NCBI GenBank assembly: GCA_963740315.1
Contig: CAVUDP010000001.1
Coordinates: 256,001-320,000, forward strand
Origin: an uncultured cyanobacterium
GTDB taxonomy: Bacteria > Cyanobacteriota > Cyanobacteriia > Cyanobacteriales > Nostocaceae
DNA length: 64,000 nucleotides
Reading direction: 5' to 3'
Position numbers and translations under genes: made by a program. Shown one piece after another: positions 21,860 through 31,343 of this stretch. The first letter of the stretch is position 1. The number at the start of each line of letters is the position of its first letter. Under the pieces are notes generated by a model. It was given only the letters and a program-made list of their open reading frames with translations. It was not told the DNA's origin and did no database searches.

Positions 21860-22240
21860 TGTAGGTTGGGTTAAACGCGAAAATAAATTTGCAAAATACC
21901 GATAATTGATAATATCGTGTCGTAATTCAACATTAATATTTTAGATAAATTAAGATGTTGGGTTACGACGCAAGATTAATTTTCGATTAAAAAGCATTAT
22001 TATTCGTGCGTCTAACCCAACCTACGACTAACCCAACCTACAAGCTAGTAGGTTGGGTTAGACGCGAAAACAAATTTGAAAAAAAAACGGAGAATTTATA
22101 ATATCGTGTCGTAACCCAACATTAACATTGTGGATAAATTAAAATATTTAAAATCACCATTATCAATATCTGTGGTGCGTGACGGTGAAATTAAATTATT
22201 TGATTATGTCCGATAATGTATCGCAACCGTCATACAGCCT
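21860..22240. repeat. Cluster of REP-like palindromic elements
   Basis: GTAGGTTGGGTTA... units in both orientations plus an inverted GGTGCGTGACGG...CCGTCATACAGCC unit. Confidence 0.75.
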
Positions 22241-22811
22241 ACAATTCTATCCGAATAGTTTTAACCCCTTCTTCCACACTCATTTCAATAATTTGCGGCT
22301 GTTTCTCTTTAGGTAAAACGCTAATATCACCACCACTTTCCAAACGCGCAATTTTGACTTGCGAAGGTTCGGTAAGTTTGGCTTGGGAACGTAAAGATGA
22401 TTCTAAATCTTTTTCACTAATGTGACTCTTTTGCATATTTTTATAGTTAATTTCACCATCTCTAATTAAGACGCGAGATGAACCTTTAATTAATTGTTCT
22501 ATAGCGGGAAAATGAAAAGATATTCCAGCAAATAACCAATGCATTCCTACTAACACAAATCCAGCGCCTATAGTCGGAAAAAACGGTGCGGAACCATTAA
22601 TAGTACGACTTAAAGTAGAACCAAAAATAATACTTAAAATAACATCAAAAGCAGCATATTTACCAAGAAAACGTCTGTCCCCTGCTATCCTTACCATTAT
22701 CCATCCAGCAACATAAATAACCGCCGCTCTCAACCCCATCTGCCATAAATTTAATTCTTTAGCATCCAATCCTAAAGCATAATTAATTCCGCTCCCAATT
22801 CCATCCAACAT
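22239..22811 (-). CDS. DUF421/YetF family membrane protein
   Basis: AFDVILSIIFGSTLSR, LIRDGEI...LRSQ...ARLESGGDISV. Confidence 0.9.
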   Translation of the reverse strand: MLDGIGSGINYALGLDAKELNLWQMGLRAAVIYVAGWIMVRIAGDRRFLGKYAAFDVILSIIFGSTLSRTINGSAPFFPTIGAGFVLVGMHWLFAGISFHFPAIEQLIKGSSRVLIRDGEINYKNMQKSHISEKDLESSLRSQAKLTEPSQVKIARLESGGDISVLPKEKQPQIIEMSVEEGVKTIRIEL

Positions 22812-22834
22812 CAGTCTTTTAACCTTTAACCTAA

Positions 22835-23902
22835 TTAATGCAACATCACATCATCAATCATTGTCTCATCATCCAAACTACTAGCTCTATTAGTAGTCAA
22901 ACTAGAACAAATAGCATCCCAAGTCCAACCATCATTTTGAGCTAATGCTAAAAGGAATCTTCGACGTTTAGTTATAATCTTAATTCTTTCCCAAAATTCA
23001 TCATCACTAACTGTGGGAATACCTTTACTTCGCAGCATTTCCAAAGAAGGAAGTTGGGGATTGTAGGAAGCAGGTTCTAAATAAGCTGATTTAAGAGTTT
23101 TCAAAAAAGCCGCGCTAGCTCTCCTTGCAGCACCTAAAACCCCAGGCTCAGGTTGATATTTATCTGGAATTGCATATTGCAACAAAGTCAAAGCTTCATC
23201 TAATGCAATCAGACTTAAGGGTAAAGACCTAGCTCGTTCTACACTATGGAAATAATGTAAAATTGGATATGCTAAATGTTTTTCTCCTTGGTCAGTTAAA
23301 GTTGGTGTCAAAGAGCTTAAATGGGAAGATAAGCCTCCAAAATCTTGACCATTCCAAGCTCGAATCAAGATTTCGTCGGCCGTTCCTCCTAATGAAGAAA
23401 TATAGGTAGCAAAAGCGCGTTTTTCCGAAGCTGCCGAAACAATTGGTAATAGGTAAGCAATACTTAAAGTTACTAGGAAAAAACCACTCACTGATGATAT
23501 TGCTGTCGCTATTTGCCAAACTCTTCCTTGAGCTTGATAGTCTCCCATTCCTAAAGTAGATATCGTATAGCCGACAAAATAAATTCTTTCCCAAATATCT
23601 GCCGGTATTTTGGAAGAAGCATTAACGACAGCTGAATTTTCAGCACAAAATATCAGTGCCCAACCAATCCAAGTTAATATAAACCAAGCTAAGGCTATTC
23701 CGGTTAATAGAACTAAACCTGTAATTGATAATAGTCGGTGACTAGATTTTTTACGATGAATTTGCAATACTAACCACCATATCCCGCTAGAAACTCTACT
23801 GGTAATTGGTCCTCCTCCTCCCACGGTTAGAGTAGTTATCAATACATCCAAAGTCGTATAAGTTAGTATTGCTATTCCTAAAATTATTAATAAGATTGAC
23901 AT
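22835..23902 (-). CDS. Potassium channel family (Ion_trans_2) membrane protein
   Basis: YFVGYTISTLGMGD pore-like motif, TM helices, YPILHYFH. Confidence 0.8.
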   Translation of the reverse strand: MSILLIILGIAILTYTTLDVLITTLTVGGGGPITSRVSSGIWWLVLQIHRKKSSHRLLSITGLVLLTGIALAWFILTWIGWALIFCAENSAVVNASSKIPADIWERIYFVGYTISTLGMGDYQAQGRVWQIATAISSVSGFFLVTLSIAYLLPIVSAASEKRAFATYISSLGGTADEILIRAWNGQDFGGLSSHLSSLTPTLTDQGEKHLAYPILHYFHSVERARSLPLSLIALDEALTLLQYAIPDKYQPEPGVLGAARRASAAFLKTLKSAYLEPASYNPQLPSLEMLRSKGIPTVSDDEFWERIKIITKRRRFLLALAQNDGWTWDAICSSLTTNRASSLDDETMIDDVMLH

Positions 23903-24399
23903 AATTTTGATTGCATAATTTATTGTTAGATTTTTGCATTCGGGTATTAAAAATATTATTTAAATACCTGCGATCGCAGCATCTTATTTTCCATAAAACG
24001 CTTATGATGTAGAATAAATATTGGTTATAGTATGATTAAACTGCAATAATATATTCGCTATTTTTCAATCAAATATGTACGTATTTAATAACTATACACT
24101 TGATAACAGTTATATAGCTTGCCGTGCATCTACCTAAAGTTTACTGTTTTCCAAGTATCTGTCAAACGGTAAAAATTATCTATTCAATTTGAAGAAGAAT
24201 GCGTGGCTAAGTGTGAAGATATTTTAAGCTAGATTAAAAATTATTAGCGAGACGTACAATTTTAAATTCAAATTTTAAATAATAATTCTCAGTGGACGGA
24301 ATTCTCACCATAATAACGAGCGTAAACATCCATCGGTTATTGGCTTGAAACAGCTACAATACCTATTGATTGCTAATATTGCTCGAATATAGAAATTTT

Positions 24400-25881
24400 A
24401 TGACTGCTACGACTGTAAAAACTGATTACGAAGCGATAATTGGTCTAGAAACCCATTGTCAACTCGCTACTAAAACTAAGATTTTTTCTGATAGCTCTAC
24501 AGAATTTGGTGCCGATCCTAATACTAACATCGACCCGGTTTGCATGGGTTTACCTGGAGTTTTGCCGGTACTCAACGAAAAAGTATTAGAATACGCCGTA
24601 AAAGCAGGTTTGGCTCTTAATTGTCAAATTGCTAAATATAGTAAGTTCGATCGCAAGCAGTATTTTTATCCCGATTTACCAAAAAATTACCAAATTTCTC
24701 AGTACGATTTACCGATCGCCGAACACGGTTTTATCGAGATTGAGTTAGTTGATAGCGAAGGTAATCCCACTCGTAAAAGGATTGGTATTACTCGCTTGCA
24801 TATGGAAGAAGATGCTGGAAAATTAGTTCACGCCGGAAGCGATCGCCTAAGTGGATCGAGTTATTCTCTGGTAGACTACAATCGAGCCGGTATCCCGTTA
24901 ATCGAAATCGTTTCCGAACCCGATATCCGATCCGGACAAGAAGCTGCCGAATACGCTCAAGAATTACGCCGAATTGTCCGCTATCTCGGTGTCAGCGACG
25001 GTAATATGCAAGAAGGTTCGCTGCGTTGCGATGTGAACATTTCCGTTCGTCCGGTGGGACAAAAGGAATTTGGCACAAAAGTCGAAATTAAGAATATGAA
25101 CTCGTTCAGCGCCATTCAAAAAGCGATCGAACACGAAATTGAACGTCAAATCGAAGCCGTTGAATCGGGTGAAAAAATTATTCAAGAAACTCGTCTTTGG
25201 GAAGAAGGTTCTCAACGCACTATTAGTATGCGAGTTAAGGAAGGCTCTTCCGATTACCGTTATTTTCCCGAACCCGATTTAGCACCAATTGAGGTAACAC
25301 AAGAGCAATTAAAGAGTTGGGAAAGCGAGTTACCAGATTTACCCGCGAAAAAACGCCATCATTATGAAACCGAATTGGGACTTTCCGCATACGATGCGCG
25401 AGTTTTAACCGAGGAGCGGGCAACTGCCGAATATTTTGAAGCTGTTGTCGAGAAGGGAGCAAATTCCAAAACTGCCGCAAACTGGATTATGGGCGATATT
25501 GCGGCTTATCTCAACAAACAAAAGCTGAATATTTCTGAAATTAATTTGACACCAAGCAATTTAGCCGATGTCGTCAAGCTGATTGACAAAGGTGAGATTA
25601 GTAATGCCAAAGCCAAAGAGAAATTACCAGATTTACTCAAAGGTGATTCTCCCAAAGATATTTTTGCTGGCGAAAAACTAATTACAGATCCAGCCGTACT
25701 CGAACCTTTAATCGATGAAGCTATAGCTGGAAACCCCAAAGAAGTCGAAAAATATCGCAGCGGTAAAACCAATGTTAAAGGCTTTTTTGTCGGACAAGTT
25801 CTCAAAAAGACTGGAAAACGCGCCGATCCAAAATTAACCAATCAGTTGGTAGACAAGAAACTCCAAGCTTTACTTGAATAA
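24400..25881 (+). CDS. gatB: Asp/Glu-tRNA amidotransferase subunit B
   Basis: IGLETHCQL, FDRKQYFYPDLPKNYQISQ, EEDAGK, DYRYFPEPDL; ATG at 24400 preferred over TTG at 24370. Confidence 0.98.
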   Translation: MTATTVKTDYEAIIGLETHCQLATKTKIFSDSSTEFGADPNTNIDPVCMGLPGVLPVLNEKVLEYAVKAGLALNCQIAKYSKFDRKQYFYPDLPKNYQISQYDLPIAEHGFIEIELVDSEGNPTRKRIGITRLHMEEDAGKLVHAGSDRLSGSSYSLVDYNRAGIPLIEIVSEPDIRSGQEAAEYAQELRRIVRYLGVSDGNMQEGSLRCDVNISVRPVGQKEFGTKVEIKNMNSFSAIQKAIEHEIERQIEAVESGEKIIQETRLWEEGSQRTISMRVKEGSSDYRYFPEPDLAPIEVTQEQLKSWESELPDLPAKKRHHYETELGLSAYDARVLTEERATAEYFEAVVEKGANSKTAANWIMGDIAAYLNKQKLNISEINLTPSNLADVVKLIDKGEISNAKAKEKLPDLLKGDSPKDIFAGEKLITDPAVLEPLIDEAIAGNPKEVEKYRSGKTNVKGFFVGQVLKKTGKRADPKLTNQLVDKKLQALLE

Positions 25882-26133
25882 ATCATTGATGTAGAGACGT
25901 TGCAGTGCAACGTCTCCGTGTATTTTGGTTCGTATGAAGAATCTATGAACATTAAATTTATATATATAATCTCCCAAAGCCTTGATTTAGCGCCAATACT
26001 TTCCTAATTTTTACTTAATAAAAGCGTATTAAAAATAACCTACAGTATTTATACGTAAATTTCTTCACAAAATCTTTATCAAAAATGAATAAAGGGGCGA
26101 CACCCCCCATCCCTTCAATGCTATATTATGTTA

Positions 26134-26187
26134 AGTAGATGCACCCTGATGATCTGGAGAGCTACCAAGTGGCTCTCCGTTTTTTTT
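26134..26187 (+). ncRNA. Putative ~55-nt sRNA, copy 1 (NsiR1-like 5' core)
   Basis: TGCTATATT extended -10; AGTAGATGCACCCTGATG; GGAGAGCTAC-CAA-GTGGCTCTCC hairpin plus T-run. Confidence 0.7.
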
Positions 26188-26317
26188 TGGAAATTTAATT
26201 TTATTCGTATAATAGCCCTTTCCAGGCTTTTAATTTAATTCTTCAAAAGAATATTTACAATAAAAAAATTTTACAAAGGGGTATAATCCCTCATGCCACA
26301 AATGGTAAAATATGATA

Positions 26318-26366
26318 ATCAGATGCACCCTGATGTTAGAGAGCTATGTAAGTGGCTCTCTTTTTT
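26318..26366 (+). ncRNA. Putative sRNA, copy 2 (diverged)
   Basis: TGGTAAAAT -10; AGATGCACCCTGATG; AGAGAGCTAT...GTGGCTCTCT hairpin plus T-run. Confidence 0.6.
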
Positions 26367-26462
26367 ATTTTTTCATATTAAATCGTTACTTCTTCGTAAA
26401 AATTTCATCTAAATCTAAATAAGGGGTCTAGCCCCCTGGGCAGATAGTGATATACTGTGTTA

Positions 26463-26515
26463 AGTAGATGCACCCTGATGATCCGGAGAGCTACCCAAGT
26501 GGCTCTCTTTTTTTT
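26463..26515 (+). ncRNA. Putative sRNA, copy 3
   Basis: TGATATACT -10; AGTAGATGCACCCTGATGATCCGGAGAGCTACCCAAGTGGCTCTC plus T-run. Confidence 0.7.
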
Positions 26516-26632
26516 GTCTTTTTATTATTTCTAGATAATAATACTGTGAAGCAATCAATTTCTTTACTAAAACTTAATCTAAATTTAACTGAGGGGTTAA
26601 GCCCCCTGGGCAAATAGTGATATACTATGTTA

Positions 26633-26687
26633 AGTAGATGCACCCTGATGATCCGGAGAGCTACCTAAGTGGCTCTCTCTTTTTTTT
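26633..26687 (+). ncRNA. Putative sRNA, copy 4
   Basis: TGATATACT -10; nearly identical to copy 3; terminator hairpin plus T-run. Confidence 0.7.
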
Positions 26688-26705
26688 GAGTATTTATACG
26701 ATATC

Positions 26706-26940
26706 AGGTCAAAGGTTAAAGTTTAAAGGTTAAAGGTTAAAGGTTAAAGGTCAAAGGTTAAAGGTCAAAGGTAATTAAGTAATTAAATTAATAACTGCTA
26801 ACTCCCCATCTCCCCAAAGGTTACTGAGCAGTTCGACGTAGCTCACTGTAAGACTTGTCGAAGTACTCCCCATCCCCCCATCTCTTAATCTCCCCATCCC
26901 CCCATCTCTTAATCTCCCCATCTCCCCATCTCCCCAATCC
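26706..26940. repeat. STRR tracts (AAAGGTT/C)n and (CCCCATC/T)n
   Basis: Visible heptamer tandem arrays. Confidence 0.85.
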
Positions 26941-27039
26941 CGAATACGCATTAATAACTAATAAGTTACCATTAACTGTTAACTAATAATTGATATAATC
27001 CCCTACTATTGCGGCGATAAAAAATGCAGGGGAAGAAGA

Positions 27040-28353
27040 ATGAGTGACTGGCGGGAAATAAGTGGCGGTGTGACAGCACCTAGAGGATATAAAGCGGCTG
27101 GAATTGCTGCTGGGCTGAAGCCTTCGGGTGCTGCTGATTTAGCATTGATTGTTTCAGATGTAGAGGCGATCGCCGCAGGTGTGTTTACAATGTCGCAGGT
27201 AACTGCGGCTTGTGTTGATTATTGTCGTCAGCGATTGTTATCGTCTACCAGTGCCCGTGCAATTCTCTGCAATGCCGGACAGGCTAACGCTTCTACGGGC
27301 GATCGAGGCTGGTTGGATGCCCTGGAAACTGCGATGATGTTGGGGCAAGCCCTTAATATTTCTTCAAAGTCGGTGTTGCTGGCTTCAACTGGGGTAATTG
27401 GGCAAAGAATGAAGATGGATGCTTTTAAAGCAGGTATCCCTAAATTAGTGGAAGCACTTTCGGAAACTGGTTCCGATGCAGCAGCAAAGGCAATAATTAC
27501 AACTGATTTAGTTACAAAATCGATCGCGCTAGAAACAACTATACACGATCGACCTGTAAGAATCGGCGGAATCAGCAAAGGATCGGGAATGATACATCCG
27601 AACATGGCGACAATGTTGGCGTTTGTGACTTGCGATGCTGCGGTTTCGCCTAAATTGTGGCAAGAAATGCTCAGTCGCGCTGCTGACAAGAGTTTCAATG
27701 CAATTACCGTAGATGGGGATACCAGTACCAACGATAGTTTAATCGCTTTAGCTAACGGACAATCGCGCACCCCAGCGATTACTGAAATGACTGCCGAAGC
27801 CAAAAAATTGGAAGCAATGTTAACCGCAGTTTGTCAACATTTAGCAAAGGCGATCGCACGCGATGGTGAAGGTGCAACTTGTTTGATAGAAGTGCAAGTC
27901 AGCGGCGCAGTGAATGAAAAAGCAGCCGTGCAAATTGCGAAAACCATTGCAGGCTCGTCATTAGTGAAATCTGCAATCTTTGGCAGAGATCCAAATTGGG
28001 GAAGAATTGCTGCTGCGGCTGGGCGTGCGGGGGTACCATTTGAGCAAAGCGATTTAAGAATTCAGATGGGAGATTTTTTATTAATGGAAAAAGGACAACC
28101 CCTTGAGTTCGATCGAAAATCAGCAAGCGCATATTTAAAGGAAACAGCAGCAGAATCTTCTTTACCAAAAGATTTTGTGGCAACTAATAATAGTAACGAT
28201 TTGACTGTCGATCGCACTAAGGTAAATACGCAAAGGGTAGATAATCCGGTAATTATTCAAGTAAGTGTTGGAAATGGCGCGGGTGAAGGGAAAGCTTGGG
28301 GATGCGACTTGAGTTACGATTACGTGAAAATTAATGCCGAGTATACAACGTAG
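27040..28353 (+). CDS. argJ: Bifunctional ornithine acetyltransferase / N-acetylglutamate synthase
   Basis: KGSGMIHPNMATML, VDGDTSTND, RDGEGAT, DPNWGRI, YVKINAEYTT. Confidence 0.98.
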   Translation: MSDWREISGGVTAPRGYKAAGIAAGLKPSGAADLALIVSDVEAIAAGVFTMSQVTAACVDYCRQRLLSSTSARAILCNAGQANASTGDRGWLDALETAMMLGQALNISSKSVLLASTGVIGQRMKMDAFKAGIPKLVEALSETGSDAAAKAIITTDLVTKSIALETTIHDRPVRIGGISKGSGMIHPNMATMLAFVTCDAAVSPKLWQEMLSRAADKSFNAITVDGDTSTNDSLIALANGQSRTPAITEMTAEAKKLEAMLTAVCQHLAKAIARDGEGATCLIEVQVSGAVNEKAAVQIAKTIAGSSLVKSAIFGRDPNWGRIAAAAGRAGVPFEQSDLRIQMGDFLLMEKGQPLEFDRKSASAYLKETAAESSLPKDFVATNNSNDLTVDRTKVNTQRVDNPVIIQVSVGNGAGEGKAWGCDLSYDYVKINAEYTT

Positions 28354-28467
28354 GTATATAGCATAGCGTGGCGCATCTTCGCCATGCTAACTACCTAATT
28401 CATATATGTGCTTTTTTTTATGTAGCTTCAGGCTTTAGCCTGAGAACAGTTGGGATTTTAAAATACC

Positions 28468-29739
28468 CTAAGCATCTTTTATGTAAACAACTTTAACGTC
28501 GCTGTTTTCTACTTTATCGCCTTCGTAATTACCTTGAATGTGCTTTGCTTTGGTTACTTTCTCAATTGCTACAACACTGAATGTACTATCTTTGAGTTCT
28601 TTAACTCGTGCTTCACCTTCAATACGTAGCTCATCAGCTGTCTTTGATTCTTTTTGGCTTAGTTTGGGGAAAATAATTCCATCATCAGAACGCATATATA
28701 GGACGGGTACACCCCATTCAAATCGTTCGTTTGACTGACGGTACATTTCTAACCGTCCTAGAGATACTGCTTCGTCAATAGACAACCCAGATGCAAGTGC
28801 AGTGTAAAATCGCTTGCTGAAGACTATTGCGTCATCATCTCGAACATTATACTGCATTGCGACTACTGCTGGTATACCCTCTTTCATTAAAGCTGGTGCT
28901 ATCCCAGTCCAAGGAGAAACTCCATCACGACGACCCGATTCACATGCTCCCAAAACAGCAACTTTTACACCAGCCATTTGCAATTGTTTCGCCAAATGAT
29001 TCGCTGGTAAGTATTCTGGCTGCTTTTGTTTATTGAGCAAGACAAGATTTCCCATACCCTTGAATTCTTCAGTATTTGAGTAATTTTCTTCCTCTTTAAA
29101 CCCACCATGACCTGCAAAGTGGAAAAGGTCTGCTTTTTTATCCAGTGCAGAATTTAACTCATCAACTGTGGGATTTTTGATGAAAGGTTCCTTATTTAGA
29201 GTAACCCCATCCACATTAAATTCATCTAATGCCTTTTCTATAACTTCTTGCTCAACATCCAAATTAAGGTCATTCCAAGGGTTTGCTGTCACTGCAAGTA
29301 GGCGTAATGATTCTTGATTATCTTTCTTAATTGGATTTGTAGAAGTAGTAGTTGATTCATATCGCACCATTGAGTATTTTGGGTTCAACACCAGGAAGTT
29401 GTCATAACTATCATCTTCATTTTCCTGGGGAAGATAGCAAAACTCCCAAGGTATTTGAGCAAGTTTTATATCCTTTATTACTAAACGAAGGCGAACACCA
29501 CCTTCTGAACCTGCTCTCTCAATTGCCTTTTGGAATAAATTGCTAATTTCTCCTGGTGGAAGCAATCGAATTGTTAGCTGTTTACCCAATTCAATTAGTT
29601 CTTGTGGTGATAAACGTTTGCGTTCGAGTTTGCTAAGTTGGTTTTCCATTCCTTCAACTGAAACTGTTACGGCTTCACGAGTTTCACCAACTTCTGAGAA
29701 GGGAACAGATACTTTGAATGTTTGGTTGGATTCAATCAT
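28468..29739 (-). CDS. CHAT-domain (caspase-like) protease; probable original start at 29788 with a +1 frameshift near 29735
   Basis: LAQIPWE, FHFAGHG (His) and VLGACESG (Cys) dyad, PAVVAMQY, WGVPVLY; upstream AAGGAG-N6-ATG gives MVKNRHYVNFNLELRDYD one base out of frame. Confidence 0.88.
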   Translation of the reverse strand: MIESNQTFKVSVPFSEVGETREAVTVSVEGMENQLSKLERKRLSPQELIELGKQLTIRLLPPGEISNLFQKAIERAGSEGGVRLRLVIKDIKLAQIPWEFCYLPQENEDDSYDNFLVLNPKYSMVRYESTTTSTNPIKKDNQESLRLLAVTANPWNDLNLDVEQEVIEKALDEFNVDGVTLNKEPFIKNPTVDELNSALDKKADLFHFAGHGGFKEEENYSNTEEFKGMGNLVLLNKQKQPEYLPANHLAKQLQMAGVKVAVLGACESGRRDGVSPWTGIAPALMKEGIPAVVAMQYNVRDDDAIVFSKRFYTALASGLSIDEAVSLGRLEMYRQSNERFEWGVPVLYMRSDDGIIFPKLSQKESKTADELRIEGEARVKELKDSTFSVVAIEKVTKAKHIQGNYEGDKVENSDVKVVYIKDA

Positions 29740-29941
29740 AATCTCGCAATTCGAGATTGAAATTTACGTAGTGGCGATTTTTTACCATGATTGGCTCCTT
29801 TTTTAGTCTTAATTTAATCCCTTACCCGTGTAATATTACCTATTTATATCTAGGATTATTCAAGCATTTGCGCTTATTACAATCGGTATTCTTTGGAGGG
29901 AAGGGAGTAGGTTAATTATTTAAATACTTCTGATAATAAAC

Positions 29942-30448
29942 TCATTTATTATTTTCAATACCTCTGAGAATAAACTCATCTATTATTTGATTCTTTTCAT
30001 CCACAATGGTATATATATTCTCTCCTGACTGGACTTGGAATACTTTACTCTGTGAACCTGGAGCTTGGCTTATTCGAGCAACCTCCTCCTGATAGTTCAA
30101 TAGAATTTTATAAAAAGCATCACTTGTACCGCTATTATTTTTAGAGATAATAACAAAACTTGTTCCTACATTGCCTCCAAATCTTTCTCTTTTCACCTCA
30201 TCACTATCTCCAACTCCAAATTTCGCTGGTGTTTTCCCATCATTTCTTGCCGGTTCCACCAAAGATAGAGCTTGAACTGGAGGTAATAGCTCTGTCGTGA
30301 TATTTTCCCGAAAAATAACTCCAGTTAATGTTGTAATAAAGACTAGTGAAAATATCTGAATATTTCTATTGAAACTGACTAATAAACACTTGATGATTTT
30401 GCAATCAAATTCCATTTTTAACAACTCCAATTTTCTATCACTTCCCAT
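29942..30448 (-). CDS. Hypothetical exported/membrane-anchored protein
   Basis: 168-aa ORF with hydrophobic segment; no recognised family. Confidence 0.5.
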   Translation of the reverse strand: MGSDRKLELLKMEFDCKIIKCLLVSFNRNIQIFSLVFITTLTGVIFRENITTELLPPVQALSLVEPARNDGKTPAKFGVGDSDEVKRERFGGNVGTSFVIISKNNSGTSDAFYKILLNYQEEVARISQAPGSQSKVFQVQSGENIYTIVDEKNQIIDEFILRGIENNK

Positions 30449-30631
30449 TGATGTAGCAATAGGGTTTCATTAAGCATTTTTGCCGAACGTATTAAGCAAC
30501 ATCACAACCCAACAAAACTTGATAAATATTGGGTTTTATTTCTTAACCTAACCGACGTCACTGTTGAGACTTAGATTTAACCGAACAGTATTAATTGAAC
30601 ATATTTTAAGACTTTAAGCGAAGATTATCTT

Positions 30632-31315
30632 TTAACTACTCTTCTTTTTTCGCCCTGAAATGTCGTACAGCTTTAACCGTTGATTATCTTGATATACTCT
30701 TTTTCTTGTTCGTTCTGAACAATCTAACAAAGGTTCGGCACCTGTCATATCGCAAAAATGACTAGCAGGTACCCATAACCTTAGATTTGGTTTTGCTAAT
30801 TGAGTATTGTTCTGTCTCTCATAGTTTTCGAAACCTTTATTCCATGTTCTGTCACCTTTAACAATCTGTTTTAGACTACACCAGCCATCATTCCTACACA
30901 AATTCAACAGAACTACTGTGGTTGGAAGCAGATAGTAATTGTCGTCGTGCAATCTTTTGTAGTCAAGCTTACCAACACCATTAATTTGTCTTTCAACTAT
31001 TGATTTATTGGGGCTATCTTCTATGAATAGTTCTACCTGTTCAAAATATGTTGATAGACTTCTTTCTTTACGAAGAATTAGAATATCCTTAGACTCTAAT
31101 TCGTTAAGTCTCATAACAGCTGGAAACTCTGCGTAAGCACGGTTATCAAATGTACCTAATATTGGAATTGCTACAAACGATGAAAGTAAACAACTCGCAG
31201 CTATTTTCAATGACTTCATATTGAACCTTTTAGATAAAAACATTTTCTTGGTAGGTAGATTGTTGTTAGAATCTTGATTTAATTTAGGGGAATAAGTATA
31301 ATTATTTTTTTCCAT
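30632..31315 (-). CDS. Hypothetical secreted protein
   Basis: Signal-peptide-like MKSLKIAASCLLSSFVAIP...AYA; four Cys in the mature part. Confidence 0.6.
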   Translation of the reverse strand: MEKNNYTYSPKLNQDSNNNLPTKKMFLSKRFNMKSLKIAASCLLSSFVAIPILGTFDNRAYAEFPAVMRLNELESKDILILRKERSLSTYFEQVELFIEDSPNKSIVERQINGVGKLDYKRLHDDNYYLLPTTVVLLNLCRNDGWCSLKQIVKGDRTWNKGFENYERQNNTQLAKPNLRLWVPASHFCDMTGAEPLLDCSERTRKRVYQDNQRLKLYDISGRKKKSS

Positions 31316-31343
31316 TTTAGTTACTCCTTTTTACTTAGTTAAT

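Larger units (their letters stand above)
26094..26626 (+). promoter_or_regulatory. Four promoters, each with a GGGG-N5-CCCC (HetR-like) box starting 28 bp before an extended -10 hexamer
   Basis: Boxes at 26094-26106, 26278-26290 (imperfect), 26423-26435, 26593-26605; -10 hexamers start at 26122, 26306, 26451, 26621. Confidence 0.6.

Noticed and set aside
26482..26657. TCCGGA (DIF1 heterocyst promoter motif) in sRNA copies 3 and 4
   Set aside because: It lies inside the predicted transcript at the terminator base, not at -35, and is absent from copies 1 and 2.
26094..26687. CRISPR array interpretation of the four repeats
   Set aside because: Periods of 145-184 bp are irregular and too long, each unit has its own promoter and terminator, and no cas genes are in the window.
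28468..29739. CHAT gene as hetF, given the nearby NsiR1-like array
   Set aside because: Much shorter than HetF, no TM or C-terminal region, separated from the array by argJ and located in an accessory islet.
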